A DNA stretch of 64,000 nt, taken from Squalus acanthias. Lineage: Eukaryota. Of the stretch, positions 36,812 to 48,799 are shown piece by piece; positions within the stretch are counted from its first letter, which is position 1; each line of letters starts with the position of its first letter. The stretch spans positions 51,152,001 through 51,216,000 of the forward strand of contig CM059432.1 of the NCBI GenBank assembly GCA_030390025.1, read 5' to 3'. Below the pieces are notes generated by a model. That model saw nothing but the letters and a program-made list of their open reading frames with translations, did not search any database and was not told the DNA's origin. The translations under genes and the position numbers were made by a program.

Positions 36812-37735
36812 GCTATTAGTAAGACGGAGAAGCAGCAGAATGTGAATGAAACACCACAAGGCTGCATGGGCCCCTTAAATGCAGCTGAATCGAAGACGTC
36901 AGCAGAGGCGAGCAGCGGACCCGAACCCACTGATTGGGCCGGGTAACGCGCACGGCGGGCTTAATAAGCCCAGTTAAGTCAAAATAGTTGGCCCAAAAAT
37001 TCGTGAGGAAGCCTTCGTGCGAGGGTAAGGCTTCCCCGCGATCTCTCACTGCGCGTTGGCTTTTTCAGTTCCAGCTTGCAAGAACTTGATGTTCTGGACA
37101 GCTGCTGTGCTGGGCTTGCGTATCCCACAGGCGCAGTTAATTCGTGCGAGCTGTGGGATCACGTGACTCAGTTAGAGCCAATGGCAGCACACCATCTTCC
37201 ATTCATAACTTTCACATAAGTGCTGTGAAAGCTATGAATACTATAGCCCCCCAAAAGAACAGCTAAACCTCAATTAAATTAAAAAAAAACATCACATTAA
37301 TAAAATAAGTATAGTTAAATAAATGAACCATTTTAAATAAAAAATTAAATTTTTGAAAAAATTTAAAGGGGTAAAAATTCAGTTGGTTGCGCCTCCCGTT
37401 AGCGCCTTAAGAGGGCGCTAATGGGGCGCAAAGCCGCTAGCGCCCGGGCGCAGCGATGTTTGCGCCACTCGGGAACTTAACTAGACATTGTGCGGCGGCG
37501 CTAAACCTTACCGCCGCGACCACCTGCGCGCGCAGATTGTGACGTCATTCCATGGTGCAACGCCCTTGTGGCGCCCCGGAGCGGAAATTGAGTGGCGCCC
37601 CCTGCCTTACCGCCTGGCGCATCCAATGACCGGAAGACTGGAACGCTATCAATCGCTGTGGGGCTGGGGGGGGCGCTATTTAAAGGGGGCCTCTTCCTGT
37701 CTTTTTCTGTGGTTGACATTTTTGCACCACTCGTT

Positions 37736-37736
<1 letters not shown>

Positions 37737-37775
<39 letters not shown>

Positions 37776-37776
37776 C
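37737..37776. repeat. (GA)n microsatellite
   Basis: Directly visible, upstream of the element C transposase. Confidence 0.95.
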
Positions 37777-37878
37777 TTCTGCATTGAGTCAATGCTTTGT
37801 GAGGTAGTTTTGCCTACTGATCCTAACTTCGCTGGTACTTTGGTTGCTGTCCTTCATAACTTTGCTTGCAAAGAGACT

Positions 37879-39030
37879 ATGGGGGCTGCACTGAATGGGG
37901 GCGTCGTCGTGCTCCAGCTGAATCGGAGGACACAGAGACGCAGAGAGAGAGTGGCAATGATGGCCAGACGGAGGAGGGCCAACAGGCGTCTGTACAGGAG
38001 AGCTTACCCTCCCAGGGTATATCGTGAACAGCTCTCCTACATTCATTTGTCTGAGGAGCTGTGTTTGCGAAGGCTGCGATTCAGCAAGGAGGTGGTCACT
38101 GAGGTCTGCCACCTGCTGCAGCCAGATCTGCAGCCTCAACTGAGGTCCAGGACGTCTCTGTCGGTGGCAGTGAAGGTCACAGTGGCTCTCAACTTCTATG
38201 CTACTGGCTCATTTCAAGCTGCTGCTGGGGACCTCGCCAATATCTCCCAGTTCGCGGTGCATTGCTGCATCCGGCAGGTCACAAATGCCCTCTTTAAAAG
38301 GAGACGAGAGTTCATCTCTTTCCCCATGACCCCAGACAAGCAGCGTGACTGCGCTCTGGGCTTTGTGAGGATAGCGGGCTTCCCCATGGTGCAGGGCGCC
38401 ATTGACTGCACGCATGTGGCTTTGCGTGTTCCACATGAGAATGCCGAGGAATTCCGGAACAGAAAGGGGTTCCATTCCTTGAATGTTCAGTTGGTCTGTG
38501 ACCACAGACAGCTGATACTCGCTGTCAATGCCCAGTATCCTGGCAGCTGCCACGATGCTTTTATCCTGCGCCAGACTACTGTGGCAGAACTTTTCGAGGC
38601 ACCGCATCAGCCAGTTGGTTGGCTTCTCGGGGACAAGTGGTATCCATTGAGCACCTGGCTGATGACACCGCTCCGTACGCCCAACACCCCTGCTGAGCTG
38701 CGGTACAATTAGAGCCATCAAGCTACCAGGAACATCATTGAGCGCACAATCGGCGTGCTGAAGCAACGGTTCCGCTGTCTCGACCATTCTGGAGGAGCCC
38801 TGCAGTACTCGCCTGAGCGAGTATCCAACTTCGTAGTTGTGTGCTGCATGTTGCATAACATGGCAATCGTCAGGACCCAGCCAATGCCACCAGGCCTTGG
38901 AGCACCACCAGAGGAGGAGGAGGAAGAGGACGAGGAGGATCATCATCAGCAGCACCAAGGCGGGAGGGCGGCCCACAATGGTGAAACTGCAAGGGCCGTC
39001 CGTCAACGGCTAATAGCAAGCCGCTTCTAG
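37879..39030 (+). pseudogene. HARBI1-like DDE transposase of element C, single in-frame stop
   Basis: GAIDCTH, HDAFIL, LLGDKWYP, RNIIERTIGVLKQRFRCL; one TAG at 38710, same frame continues to 39030. Confidence 0.92.
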
Positions 39031-39342
39031 GGCCCCTGCTGTGGAAATGGCTTCTGTCATTGCTAACAACATCAATGAACCCAGCACGCAACCCCTAAGC
39101 CGGCCAAGGCACCAGTAATTCCAAACACCAAACATGTATATTTTGAATACAAAAACTTATTTATTTTACAAACTCTGTGTGTGTCATTTCCTCATGACAA
39201 ACTCATAGAAATAAACACAAAAAAACAGTCAATAACATAACTGGTTCTCACAACCTGGAGATAATGTCCAAAACACTAAACAAAAGTTGGACCACGAACC
39301 TCGGCCTTTAATAAAAAAATGACCAGCATTTTGTCACACCTC

Positions 39343-41093
39343 CTACTTTTTGCCCTTCGAGGGTGATCTCCTTCCCTTGCGCACTTCCCCCCTTCTAACC
39401 CTACTGCTCCTCCGTAATGGGACCTCAGTGGCTGCAGCAAGGCTGGTGGAAGGCTGCTGATCGTCAGACCCTGACACTGCAGATGCCCCTGAAGGACGGC
39501 CTCGACCAGTTCTGGGCCTGGAGGGCCCGGCTGCAGACTGCACCAACTCTGCATGGGCGGCAGCAGTCTGTCCTACAGGCGGTGGCAAGTGCAGTGGAGA
39601 AGTGACAGTGTTGGCAGCAGGAATGCTGTCATCGTGAGAGAGGACAGCAACTCCCTGCTCGCCCGACACACTGGCACTCCCACGGGGCAGCACTTCAGCA
39701 TCCGGAGCAATCTGCTGGAGCACAAATTGCTGGCCTGCTGTGGCGCGGTGAGAGCCCCGGGGACATGTGAACGAACCATCGAGGTTGGCAGCAGTCAGTG
39801 CTCGCGTGGCCTCAATCTGAGTCTGCATGAGAGCAGTCAGAGATGGGATCACGGCAGTCAGTGACTGAATTGCAGCACTAAGCGTTAGTGTGGCATCCGC
39901 CTGTGCTACAGCGAAGTGCTCCACACTCCTTGCCAGTGACTCAATGCATTCGGGCACCCTTCCCACTGCACCCATGAGCTCAGTGTGCATGCCCACCGCC
40001 TGGGTGTTCATTTCTGCGATCAGCCGCTCCTCCTCTGCGTCCATTGCAGTAGGAGTCTCTGGCATACTCTCCCTCTGGGGAGAAGGCCCCCGTTCTTCCC
40101 TACCCCCATGGCGTTGCTGCAGCTCGCTGGGTCCTGGAGCTTCACCCTCATCAGACCCTTCCCCCCTGCTCCCCTCCAGGGAAGGCGTGTTCCCAGTGTG
40201 GGCATGGGCTTCCTCGGGAGAGGGTGGCACTGATGCTCCGGCTTCCTCTTCCTCCTCGGCTGCAGCTTCACTCCCAGTGGCAGCTTCAGGGCCCGTCTCC
40301 TCAGCTGGTGAATCACCATCTGAAAGCAGGGAGGTACAAGAGTGGCTTTAGCGTGAGGACAGGGTGGCAGTAAGGAAGGAATAAGTGCAGCGAGTTAGCA
40401 AGTTGGATTGAAAGCGTCAAAGGCTGGTGTTGTGAGGGACAAGTGGAAGGACAGAGGACAAAAAGGTGATGACCTTACCATTGCTGTCCAGAACGGGGTC
40501 GGCGTCTCCAGTGGCGACGGGACCGATCACCCGGCTTGCCACAATCCTGTGGACGCGCTCCTCAAGATCGCTGAGCGGTTGCAGCTGAGGCCGCCGTCCG
40601 TTGCTGCTGTCTCCTATTATGCGCCAGCTTGGCCTGCAAGAAAAAGGACAGCATCTGAGTAAATATACAGCCATGGTCTTGCCTGATGTGCCTCCCATAG
40701 GTGCACACTGTATGCAAAGTGTGGAATGTGTGTGTGTGTTTGATGAAAGGGCCATAGGTGTTGGATGAGTGTTGTGCATTGGGGTTTTAAGACCCTCTGG
40801 CCATAGAGTGAGGTTGAGATGGAGGGATGGAGAGGTATTGAGAAAAAGCCACTCACCCTGACGACCCAAGTGAGGTCGTTGAACTTTTTGCGGCATTGAA
40901 CGTGGGTCCTGGGCACCATGCTCCTGGAGGAGACGCTCTGAGCCACCTCCCTCCACACTCTTCTGTACTCGCGTGGCAAAGGCCTCCTGCCACTCTCAGG
41001 GAAGAGTATACATCTTCTGCGCTCCACCGCGCCAACCAGAGCATCCAAGGCCCGCTCGGTGAAGCGATGAGCTCGTTCTCTCACCCTCTCCAT
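39343..41093 (-). pseudogene. Three-exon Myb/SANT gene of element C
   Basis: Exons 41093-40857, 40633-40479, 40319-39343, all GT-AG. Exon 2 is 155 nt vs 160 nt in element A and is frameshifted at the RTGGG motif. Exon 3 is open and ends in a basic tail. Confidence 0.88.
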
Positions 41094-44000
41094 CCTTGGC
41101 AGCAAAATGGATTCACAGGTCTCTCCAGGCCGAGATTCAAGGCTGCAATGAGCAGGGTGTGGCTGGGGAGCAAGTTGGCCCCCCCCGCTTTAAGAACTGG
41201 CTGGCGCCAGTGTGTCTGTGTTCCCTCGCTAACTGGCAGCAGCTGCGCTGCGCTCGCGCGCTGAGTTGGTGCCTCACTGCTCGGCCTTTGCGCCTTAAGA
41301 CAGGTGTGCAGCGCCTGATTTAGCGCTCCACTCACCTCCCGGGGCGGTAAAAGTGAAGTTTCCAGTCAGTGGCGATAATTAGCGCCAGGCGCTAATATTT
41401 GCGTCCAGACGATATTTGCGCCCCAAACGGGGCGCGACCTAATTTTTCCCCCAAAATCTTTTAAAAAGTTATAAAAATAAACTTACCTGTCTTTAAAGTC
41501 TCTAAAAAAGATATGCCTGTTAAAAAAAATTCAAAATAATACTTAATTCACTACTTACCTTGTTAAAAGTGGGTCTTACTCCTCCTTTTTTTACGTGTAA
41601 AATCTTCCATACTTACCTGCGTGTTGAAACCACTAAGTGCACTGCATGCGCGCAGCCTGTAGCGCGCACGCGGTTCACCTAGGAACCGCCCCCTTTTCCA
41701 TTCACCAAGTGCCGGTTTTCAGCGCATGCGCAGTGCATGCAGCAAACCGGCAATTGGAGACAGAATTCGCGAGAGTACACAGTGCGTACTCTCGCGTATC
41801 AACACAAATTTTTGGGCCGTTATTTCAGTGCGGCTGAAACCGGTAGTGGGACCAGAACCCACCGACCAGCCAACCCGACGTGAACCTGCCTCCTATGGCA
41901 AAATCGCGGCCTAAGGAAATGCACAAGGTGATTAGTTGATGTTGTTGTTATGATTTGCTTTTGATTAATTTATAAATTATGTTTGGAATGTTTGTTTTGT
42001 GGTGGCTTTCATTTCAACTTTGTGCTCAGGAGGAGGCTGTGATGTTCCGTGACAGAGGGATGGTAAGTTGGGGAAGTGGTGAGCAATGGGGATCTGGGGT
42101 TTCATTCACTGGAACCACAGTCTGATGAGGCCAGACATCCCATCTGGAACGGGGTTCTGCTGCCTCCTCCCTGCCTCCTCCTCCTCCACTTCCTCTTCCT
42201 CCTCCTCCTGAGGCGGTCCTGGAATCCATGATGGCAAGGGCTGAGCTCTCATGGTGGCCAAGTTGTGGAGCATGCAGCAGACCACCATGAAATGGGACAC
42301 CCGCTTTGGCGTGCACTGGAGGCCTCCTCCCGAGCGGTTAAGGCAGCGGAACTGTTGCTTTAGCACCCCGATGGTCTGCTCAATGACGTTCCTCATGGCA
42401 GCATGGCTGTAATTTTATGATTGCTGGCCACGAGTGGTGATGTTGTGGAGGGGAGTCATCAGCCAGGTACAGAACTGATAGCCCGTGTCTCCGAGCAGCC
42501 ACCATCGGGTTTGATGTGGTGGCTGGAAGATTGCTGGCACACCAGACTGGCGCAGGATGAAGGCATCATGACTGCTGCCAGGATACCAGGCATTCACCAT
42601 CATGATGTGCTGGTCATGGTCGCACACCAACTGCACAATAAGTGAGTGGTTACGGAACATCTCAGGATTGGTATGCGGCTTCTGCTAAGTAATCTGTGTG
42701 CAATTGATGGCGCCCTGTACCATGGGGAAGCCTATTTTCCTGGCAAAGCCACATGCGTGCTCCTCCTGCTTCTCTCTGTTCAGAGAGAAGGCAATGAAAT
42801 CCCTTCTCCTGGAGTAGAGAGCCTCTGTGACCTCCCAGATGCAGCGATGGATGGCAAACTGGGAGTTGTTAGTTATGTCTCTTGCTCCAGACTGGAAAGA
42901 TCCAGTGGCGATAAAATTGAGGACCACGGTGACCTTGAGGGCCACTGGGAGAGCCGTCATTGCCCTGCTCTGTGGTTACAGGAGGTGGCAGAGTTCTGTG
43001 ACCAACTCCTTGGTGAAGCGAAGCCTCCTAATACACTGCTCCTGGCTTAGGTGCAGGTAGGAGAAGTGCTCCCTGAAGACCCTAGGTGGGTTAGGACTCC
43101 TGCTGAGAGCCCTCCTGTCCCTCCTCCTCCCTCTGCGAGCATCTTGTCCTGTTCTTCACTGCATCCGTTCCATCTCCCTTTCATACCTGAGCGTGAGGAG
43201 GACTGCAAGTAGAGCGCCCATAAATAGGAGCAAGTCGTGTGAGCGGAACCCTTTAAATGAGATGCAAGGGGTTCTACACTTGCAGCAACACTCCTCGTCA
43301 CCTCAGCAACTTTAAACAACTCTAGATAGCTCCAAACTGTTGCAAAAACTTACATCGAGCCAGTAGAAATGAAAAAGCAAGTCAGCTGCCTGTTATTGAT
43401 GATGATCTCTTTAAATAGCACTGGTGGGGTGTCCTTCCTGCTGCTGAACGCATGTTCAGCTGGCCGTGATTAGTAAAGGGCGTTAAATGGAGCGGCGACG
43501 CCAATATGGCAGATCATGCGTCAAATCAGAGTTGCACAATCATTGACGTCACGATTTGTCTCATCTAGTTATCTGCAGCGAGCGCAGGCAACGGCAGCGC
43601 TACCAACCTGCCCAAAATAACGAGCGAATGCGAGGCGACCGCCATTTTTTCTTTCAAATCAGCCTTAATGGCCGGCGCTAAAGGATCCAATTTTGCGGCT
43701 GTCAAATTGAAGCAGTTACTTCGATCTCTTATGACTGGAGAGCAGGAATTGCAGTTACCCAACATTAGGAGGCAATAATCTTTTAAATCCGTCCCTCTAT
43801 TGTAAGATTGTGCCAAGGCTGTAACTCCCAGAGGTGTCCTTAATTATAATAATGACAAATAATGCAACTTGCAGACATGCATTGCAAGTGACTCAAGAGA
43901 TAATTATATTAGAAAATCTATAAAGGGAATAAACCTTTATATCTGTGCTTGTACCGAGGGATTTGAAGTACATAACAACACACTCGATGACACTAAATAA

Positions 44001-44299
44001 AAATAATGCACCTTTTAATAAGTATGTTGGTCTCCTTCCTTAGCTGCTTTCTGTTATGCTTGATAGATTTCATCTTGATAATACTTCTTTATAAATTGTC
44101 ACATTTTGTAATAAAATAAATGATAAGCATTAGCAGAATATAGAAAATGTATTGTCCCTGCAGATCACAAGATTTGCAGTGGAACCCAATTTTAAAGTTA
44201 ATGGATAGGATTTTCCTCTTTACTGTCTATTTTGTGTGATGATGGGGCAGAAAATAAAGACTTGTGCATTCAAATGCAATGGTAATGATGGTGTCAGGT

Positions 44300-47200
44300 C
44301 ACTTGACTCTGAGCAGCCAGCCAGTAAGTCTGCTTTGAGGTGCGAAGAGATCAGAGAGGGTGGACTGCCGCAGGATGAATGCATGATAGCAGCTGCCCAG
44401 GAATCTTGCACACACCTGCATAAAAATCTTTTTGTAGTTGCACACCAGCTGCACATTGATGGAGTGGAAGTCCTTACAGTTGTTGAACACTCCTGGATGA
44501 CCTATGGGTATCTTAGCAACAACAACCACTTATATTTATATAGCGCCTTTAACGTAGTAAAACGTCCCAAGGCGCTTCACAGGAGTATTATAAGACAAAA
44601 AATTTGACACCAAGCCACATAAAGAGAAATTAGGGCAGGTGACCAAAAGCTTGGTCAAAGAGGTAGGTTTTAAGGAGTGTCTTAAAGGAGGAAAGAGAAG
44701 TAGAGAGGCAAAGAGGTTTAGGTAGGGAATTCAAGAGCTTAGGGCCTAGGCAACAGAAGGCACGGCCACCAATGGTTGAGAAATTATAATCAGGGATGCT
44801 CAAGAGGGCAGAATTAGAGGAGCACAGATATCTTGGGGGGTTGTGGGGCTGGAGGAGATTATAGAGAAAGGGAGGGGTGAGGGATTTGAAAACAAGGATG
44901 AGAATTTTGAAATCGAGGTGTTGCTTAACCGGGAGCCGATGTAGGTCAGCGAGCACAGGGGTGATGGATGAACGGGACTTGGTGCGAGTTAGGACACGGG
45001 CAGCCGAGCTTTGGATGACCTTAAGTTTACGTAGGGTAGAACGTGGGAGGTCAGCCAGGAGTGCATTGGAATAGTCAAGTCTAGAGGTAAGAAAGACATG
45101 GAACCAGGTGAGTGCAGTCTCACCCAGCTGGACGATGGTGGAGAGGCGTTGGAGGAGGATGGAGTGGTCAACCGTGTCAAAGGCTGCAGACAAGTCAAGA
45201 TTGACAAGGAGGGATAGTTTACCTTTGTCACAGTCATAAAGGATGTCATTTGTGACTTTGATGAGAGCTGTTTCGGTACTGTGGCAAAGGCAGAAACCGA
45301 TTGGAGGGATTCAAACATGGAATTGCGGGAAAGATGGGCACGGATTTGGGAGGCAACAACACGTTCAAGGACTTTGGAGAGGAAAGGGAGGTTGGAGATG
45401 GGGTGGTAGTTTGCAAGGACGGCGGGGTCAAGGGTTGTTTTTTTGAGGAGTGGGGTGATGACGGCAGATTTGAGGGAGATGGGGACAGAACCTGAGGAGA
45501 GAGAATCATTAACAATGTCAGATAACATGGGAGCCAGAAAAGGAAGATGGGTGGTCAGCAGTTTGGTAGGAATAGGGTCGAGGGAGCAGGAAGTAGGTCT
45601 CACGGACAAGGTGAGCACGGAGAGGTCACGAGGGGAGATTGGAGAGAAACTGGAGAAAGATGTGAGTTCAGGGCTAGGGCAGGGGGGAACCTTAGAGGAA
45701 GTTTGGCCCGGTGGGCTAGGGAAGAGAGGGAATTGGCAGAGGCAGCTGAATGGATGGTCTCAATCTTAGAGACAAAGAAGTCCATGAGCTCTTCACACTT
45801 GTTGTTGGAGGTGAGGGTGGAGGAGACAATGGAGAGGGGTTTAAGAAGACGGTTAGCAGTAGAGAATAGAAGCTGGGGTTTATCTTAGCATTCCAGAATG
45901 ATTCTGAAATAGTGAGCAATTATGGCAGACAAGAGCAGGACCTGATAATGCTTTATGTGGTCCAGCCAGATCTGGCGGTGAATGGCTAAAGCAGTTGTCC
46001 ACCATCTCCATTCAAGTCTGTGTCCCTTGGACTTAAGGGAGCAAAGATGAGGGCCATACCGGGGGCATGGTCAGGGTGAGAGAAAGTAATTGTTTTAATA
46101 GGGACTAGGGCATCAAAAGTGGTGGTGAGCATATGGTTGAGCAGATCGGTAGCTGCAGAAATGTCATGGTGAATTGAGGGCCCAAGTTTGGACAGTTGGG
46201 ATTTCGTAAGTGCAGATGTGAGAGAATTGAGAGAGAGTTCTTTCCAGGGGCGGACACAGAAGGAAGTAGGGTTGGGGGGGTGAACCGGGATGTGGGTGGA
46301 GAGCGATACGTGGAAGTGGTCAGAGATGGCCTTATCTGCGGTTGACATGATGGGAGTAACAAGGCCACGTGAGATGGCAAGGTCAAGGGGATGGCCGTGA
46401 ACATGGGTTGGGGAGTTTACATGGAGGGAGAGACTAAGGGAGAATAGGAGGCTAGTAAACTCAGAGGAGAGAGAGCATGATGAATTGAGAGTAACTGCCA
46501 CATATGTGCAGTCGATGATGCCCTGCAACTGTGGGAAGCCAGACAGAGCCACAGATCCATGCGCCTGCTCATTCTGACTGGCATCATCGCAGGCAAAGTT
46601 GACATAATTGGCGGCCCAGGCAAACAAGCCATCAGTCACCTGTCTTATGCATTTGTGGGCCACCGACTGCAAGATCCTGCAAATGTCTCCAGCAGAGCCC
46701 GGGAAGGATCCAGAGGCAAAACATTGAGGGCGATGGTAACTTTGACATCCACTGGTAAAACATGGCCACCAGGTCCAGCAGGCAGCAGTGCTTGTTCCAG
46801 CAGGCTGCAAATGCCTGCCACCACCTCACGCGACACCCTAAGCCTCCTGAGACACGTTCAGACATGTCGAGGAAGCTTATCCTCTGCCTATAAACCCTGT
46901 GTGCCTGGTATGGTCTCCTGCGAGCTGCACCTCAGTGCTGCTCCCCTCTTTCCTGTGGAGCTACAGGTCGGTGACCAGCAGGCTTCTGCTGCCGCTGTTG
47001 CTGGTGCTGGTCATCCTGGTCCTAATCTGACGTCCAATTTATGGCAGCATGAGTGGCAACCATCATGATCTGATTGATCACAGCTCCAAAGTGCAGATCA
47101 GACCTCCAAACCTCCAAAGTGTAGATGACACCTCCAAAGTGTATAAAGTAACCTCTCAACACAAGTACTGTGAACAAACCCTTTCCCACAAGCAGGTAAA

Positions 47201-47562
47201 AAAACAGCTGTGAGTACTGCATACTTATTGGCCTATTTCCCTCACATGGCTACAACCTCCTCAATTGCCGCTTTCTTCTCACCTTGCTTTCACTGACGAG
47301 TTCCAGGAAGCCCGGGAAAACCATGGACCCTAAGTTAAACTTAAAAATCCATTTCAATATTGCTCTAATTGAGCAATTAACATATGTTAAGTGGCAACTC
47401 GCCTCTCCCGACGGTATTGCTCACACGCAGCCTAACGTGCTGCATTGAAACCCAGAAGTCGGCGAGTTGGAGCCAGCTTCCCGACCTGTTGTCAATCTAG
47501 CTGGTTTTAACCCCCCACCCGCTCCCAAACCCACCCGCTCCTGCACATTAAAATCCAGCCCA
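44300..47562 (-). mobile_element. Harbinger transposase remnant split by L2
   Basis: GFPQLQGIIDCTYVAV at ~46500 continues as KIPIGHPGVF..FHSINVQLVC at ~44510; terminus near 47562. Confidence 0.8.
44517..46490 (-). mobile_element. L2 LINE, 5'-truncated and internally deleted
   Basis: PTHVHGHPLDL..ISDHF (APE), LDPIPT, NYHPISNLPFLSK, SAAFDTVDH, SRLDYSNALL; tail cgctatataaat..(gtt)n. Confidence 0.9.
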
Positions 47563-48799
47563 AAGAGGCAGGTAGGATTTAATCAGAAACAGTGGTGTTA
47601 ATGGTATATGATGAAGCATTAGTAATAGCATGCTGAGAGACAGCAGTGGTAGTGGCCACAAGAGAGGCAGCAATAGTAAAAACAGGTAGAGATATAGCAC
47701 TGGTAGATTTGACTTATCTTGTTGGTTTCTTCTTAACTATTAATAGATGTAAAAATGGTGGAGGTAGTTGCTAAGGTGTTCCTGAGGTGTTCCTAGAATA
47801 GTACACAGGAGACAAAATGCCACACAGGTTCCTTGCACCACTATAATTATGTCTGGATCATTGTATAGAAATTCATTATAAAGAATTGGAATCAGTACCC
47901 GTCTTTGACATTTTGATTGTGAGAAGAACACTCTCCATGAATTACTGAAAAGTTGGTTTCATCCTTTCTTTGGGACAAAAGATACATTTTGGTCACATTA
48001 CTTGACTATTACTTCATAGCCTCTGTTCCATCTGATAACTACCTTTAACACTGTACAGCTGTTTATAAATAAATATAGCATAAATGTATCAACTCATCTG
48101 ATATTCTTTAGCACCTAAGAAATTATATCATTTATTGATGCCTGTAGTGCTTGTGAGTTGTGGGTCTTGTAAAACTATTTCTATTTTCAGTGATATTGAT
48201 TGAGTTGTGCTGTATTTGCTGCATGAGTATTAAAGATATTTTCACTGCCCAGTAACTTGAAAACTAACTGTAGTGAAATGGTACCTGCTGCAGTTAATTA
48301 CAGGCAACACCTGTAACATGCCATTTTCCCCGGGATTTCCGCTGCTTTTCCATAGAAGTTATGGTGGGCGAGCAGGCAAACCCTCGCAGAAATTCATCCT
48401 ACTCTTCTCAGTCAACATTCACACTTAGGATTTTTCTGTCTTCAATCTCAATTGGGAGGAGAAAAACTGCTGGACTGGAATCCCATCCTCTACCACTCAA
48501 GCATAATTCCACTAGCAAGTAAAATAAGGAACGGTTTTAATTGTGTGCATGAGTTCTTTATGATAAGGACTGGCCAGACCTTCTTTTGATGAATATAATG
48601 AGGCTCCGAGGCTGACTTGGGAAGAAAAAGTTTGGAGAAAAATACTACTAATATTATATGGAATATATATGTTTGTACTGAGTCTACGCTAACAGAGCAA
48701 TCTAAGGAGCAGGAAAGATGATATTGCATTAAGAGGCACTATCCTGTGAGACTATCATCTAATACCCCAGGCAGCCCACTGGTGCTAGGCACAGACTAC

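Larger units (their letters stand above)
37368..41452. mobile_element. Near-intact Harbinger element C (4085 bp)
   Basis: TIR GGGG(T/G)AAAAATT; 3-bp TSD AAA confirmed against the empty site tttaaaatc at ~29536-29544. Confidence 0.93.
36990..41818. mobile_element. Hairpin-rich MITE split by element C
   Basis: TIR GGCCCAAAAATT, 3-bp TSD GTT (36987-89, 41819-21); halves match 29161-29904. Confidence 0.9.
32171..41911. mobile_element. Harbinger element A nested in B
   Basis: Perfect 16-bp TIR GGCCGCGATTTTGCCA at both ends; convergent transposase and Myb genes. Confidence 0.9.
29935..43700. mobile_element. Outer Harbinger element B (degenerate), host of the nest
   Basis: Myb/SANT gene + (~30393-32170, its 3' end resumes at 41912); convergent transposase pseudogene - (~43225-42026: GFPMVQGAINCT, HDAFIL, LLGDTGY, VIEQTIGVLKQQFRCL); termini degenerate. 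Confidence 0.75.

Noticed and set aside
32710..39030. Host HARBI1/NAIF1 genes
   Set aside because: The ORFs lie inside TIR-bounded multi-copy elements and carry stops; they are transposon genes.
41609..41619. U1 snRNA gene
   Set aside because: Only the first 11 nt match; no U1 body follows.
45986..46810. 274-aa transposase-endonuclease fusion protein
   Set aside because: Chance read-through across the junction of an L2 inserted into a dead transposase.
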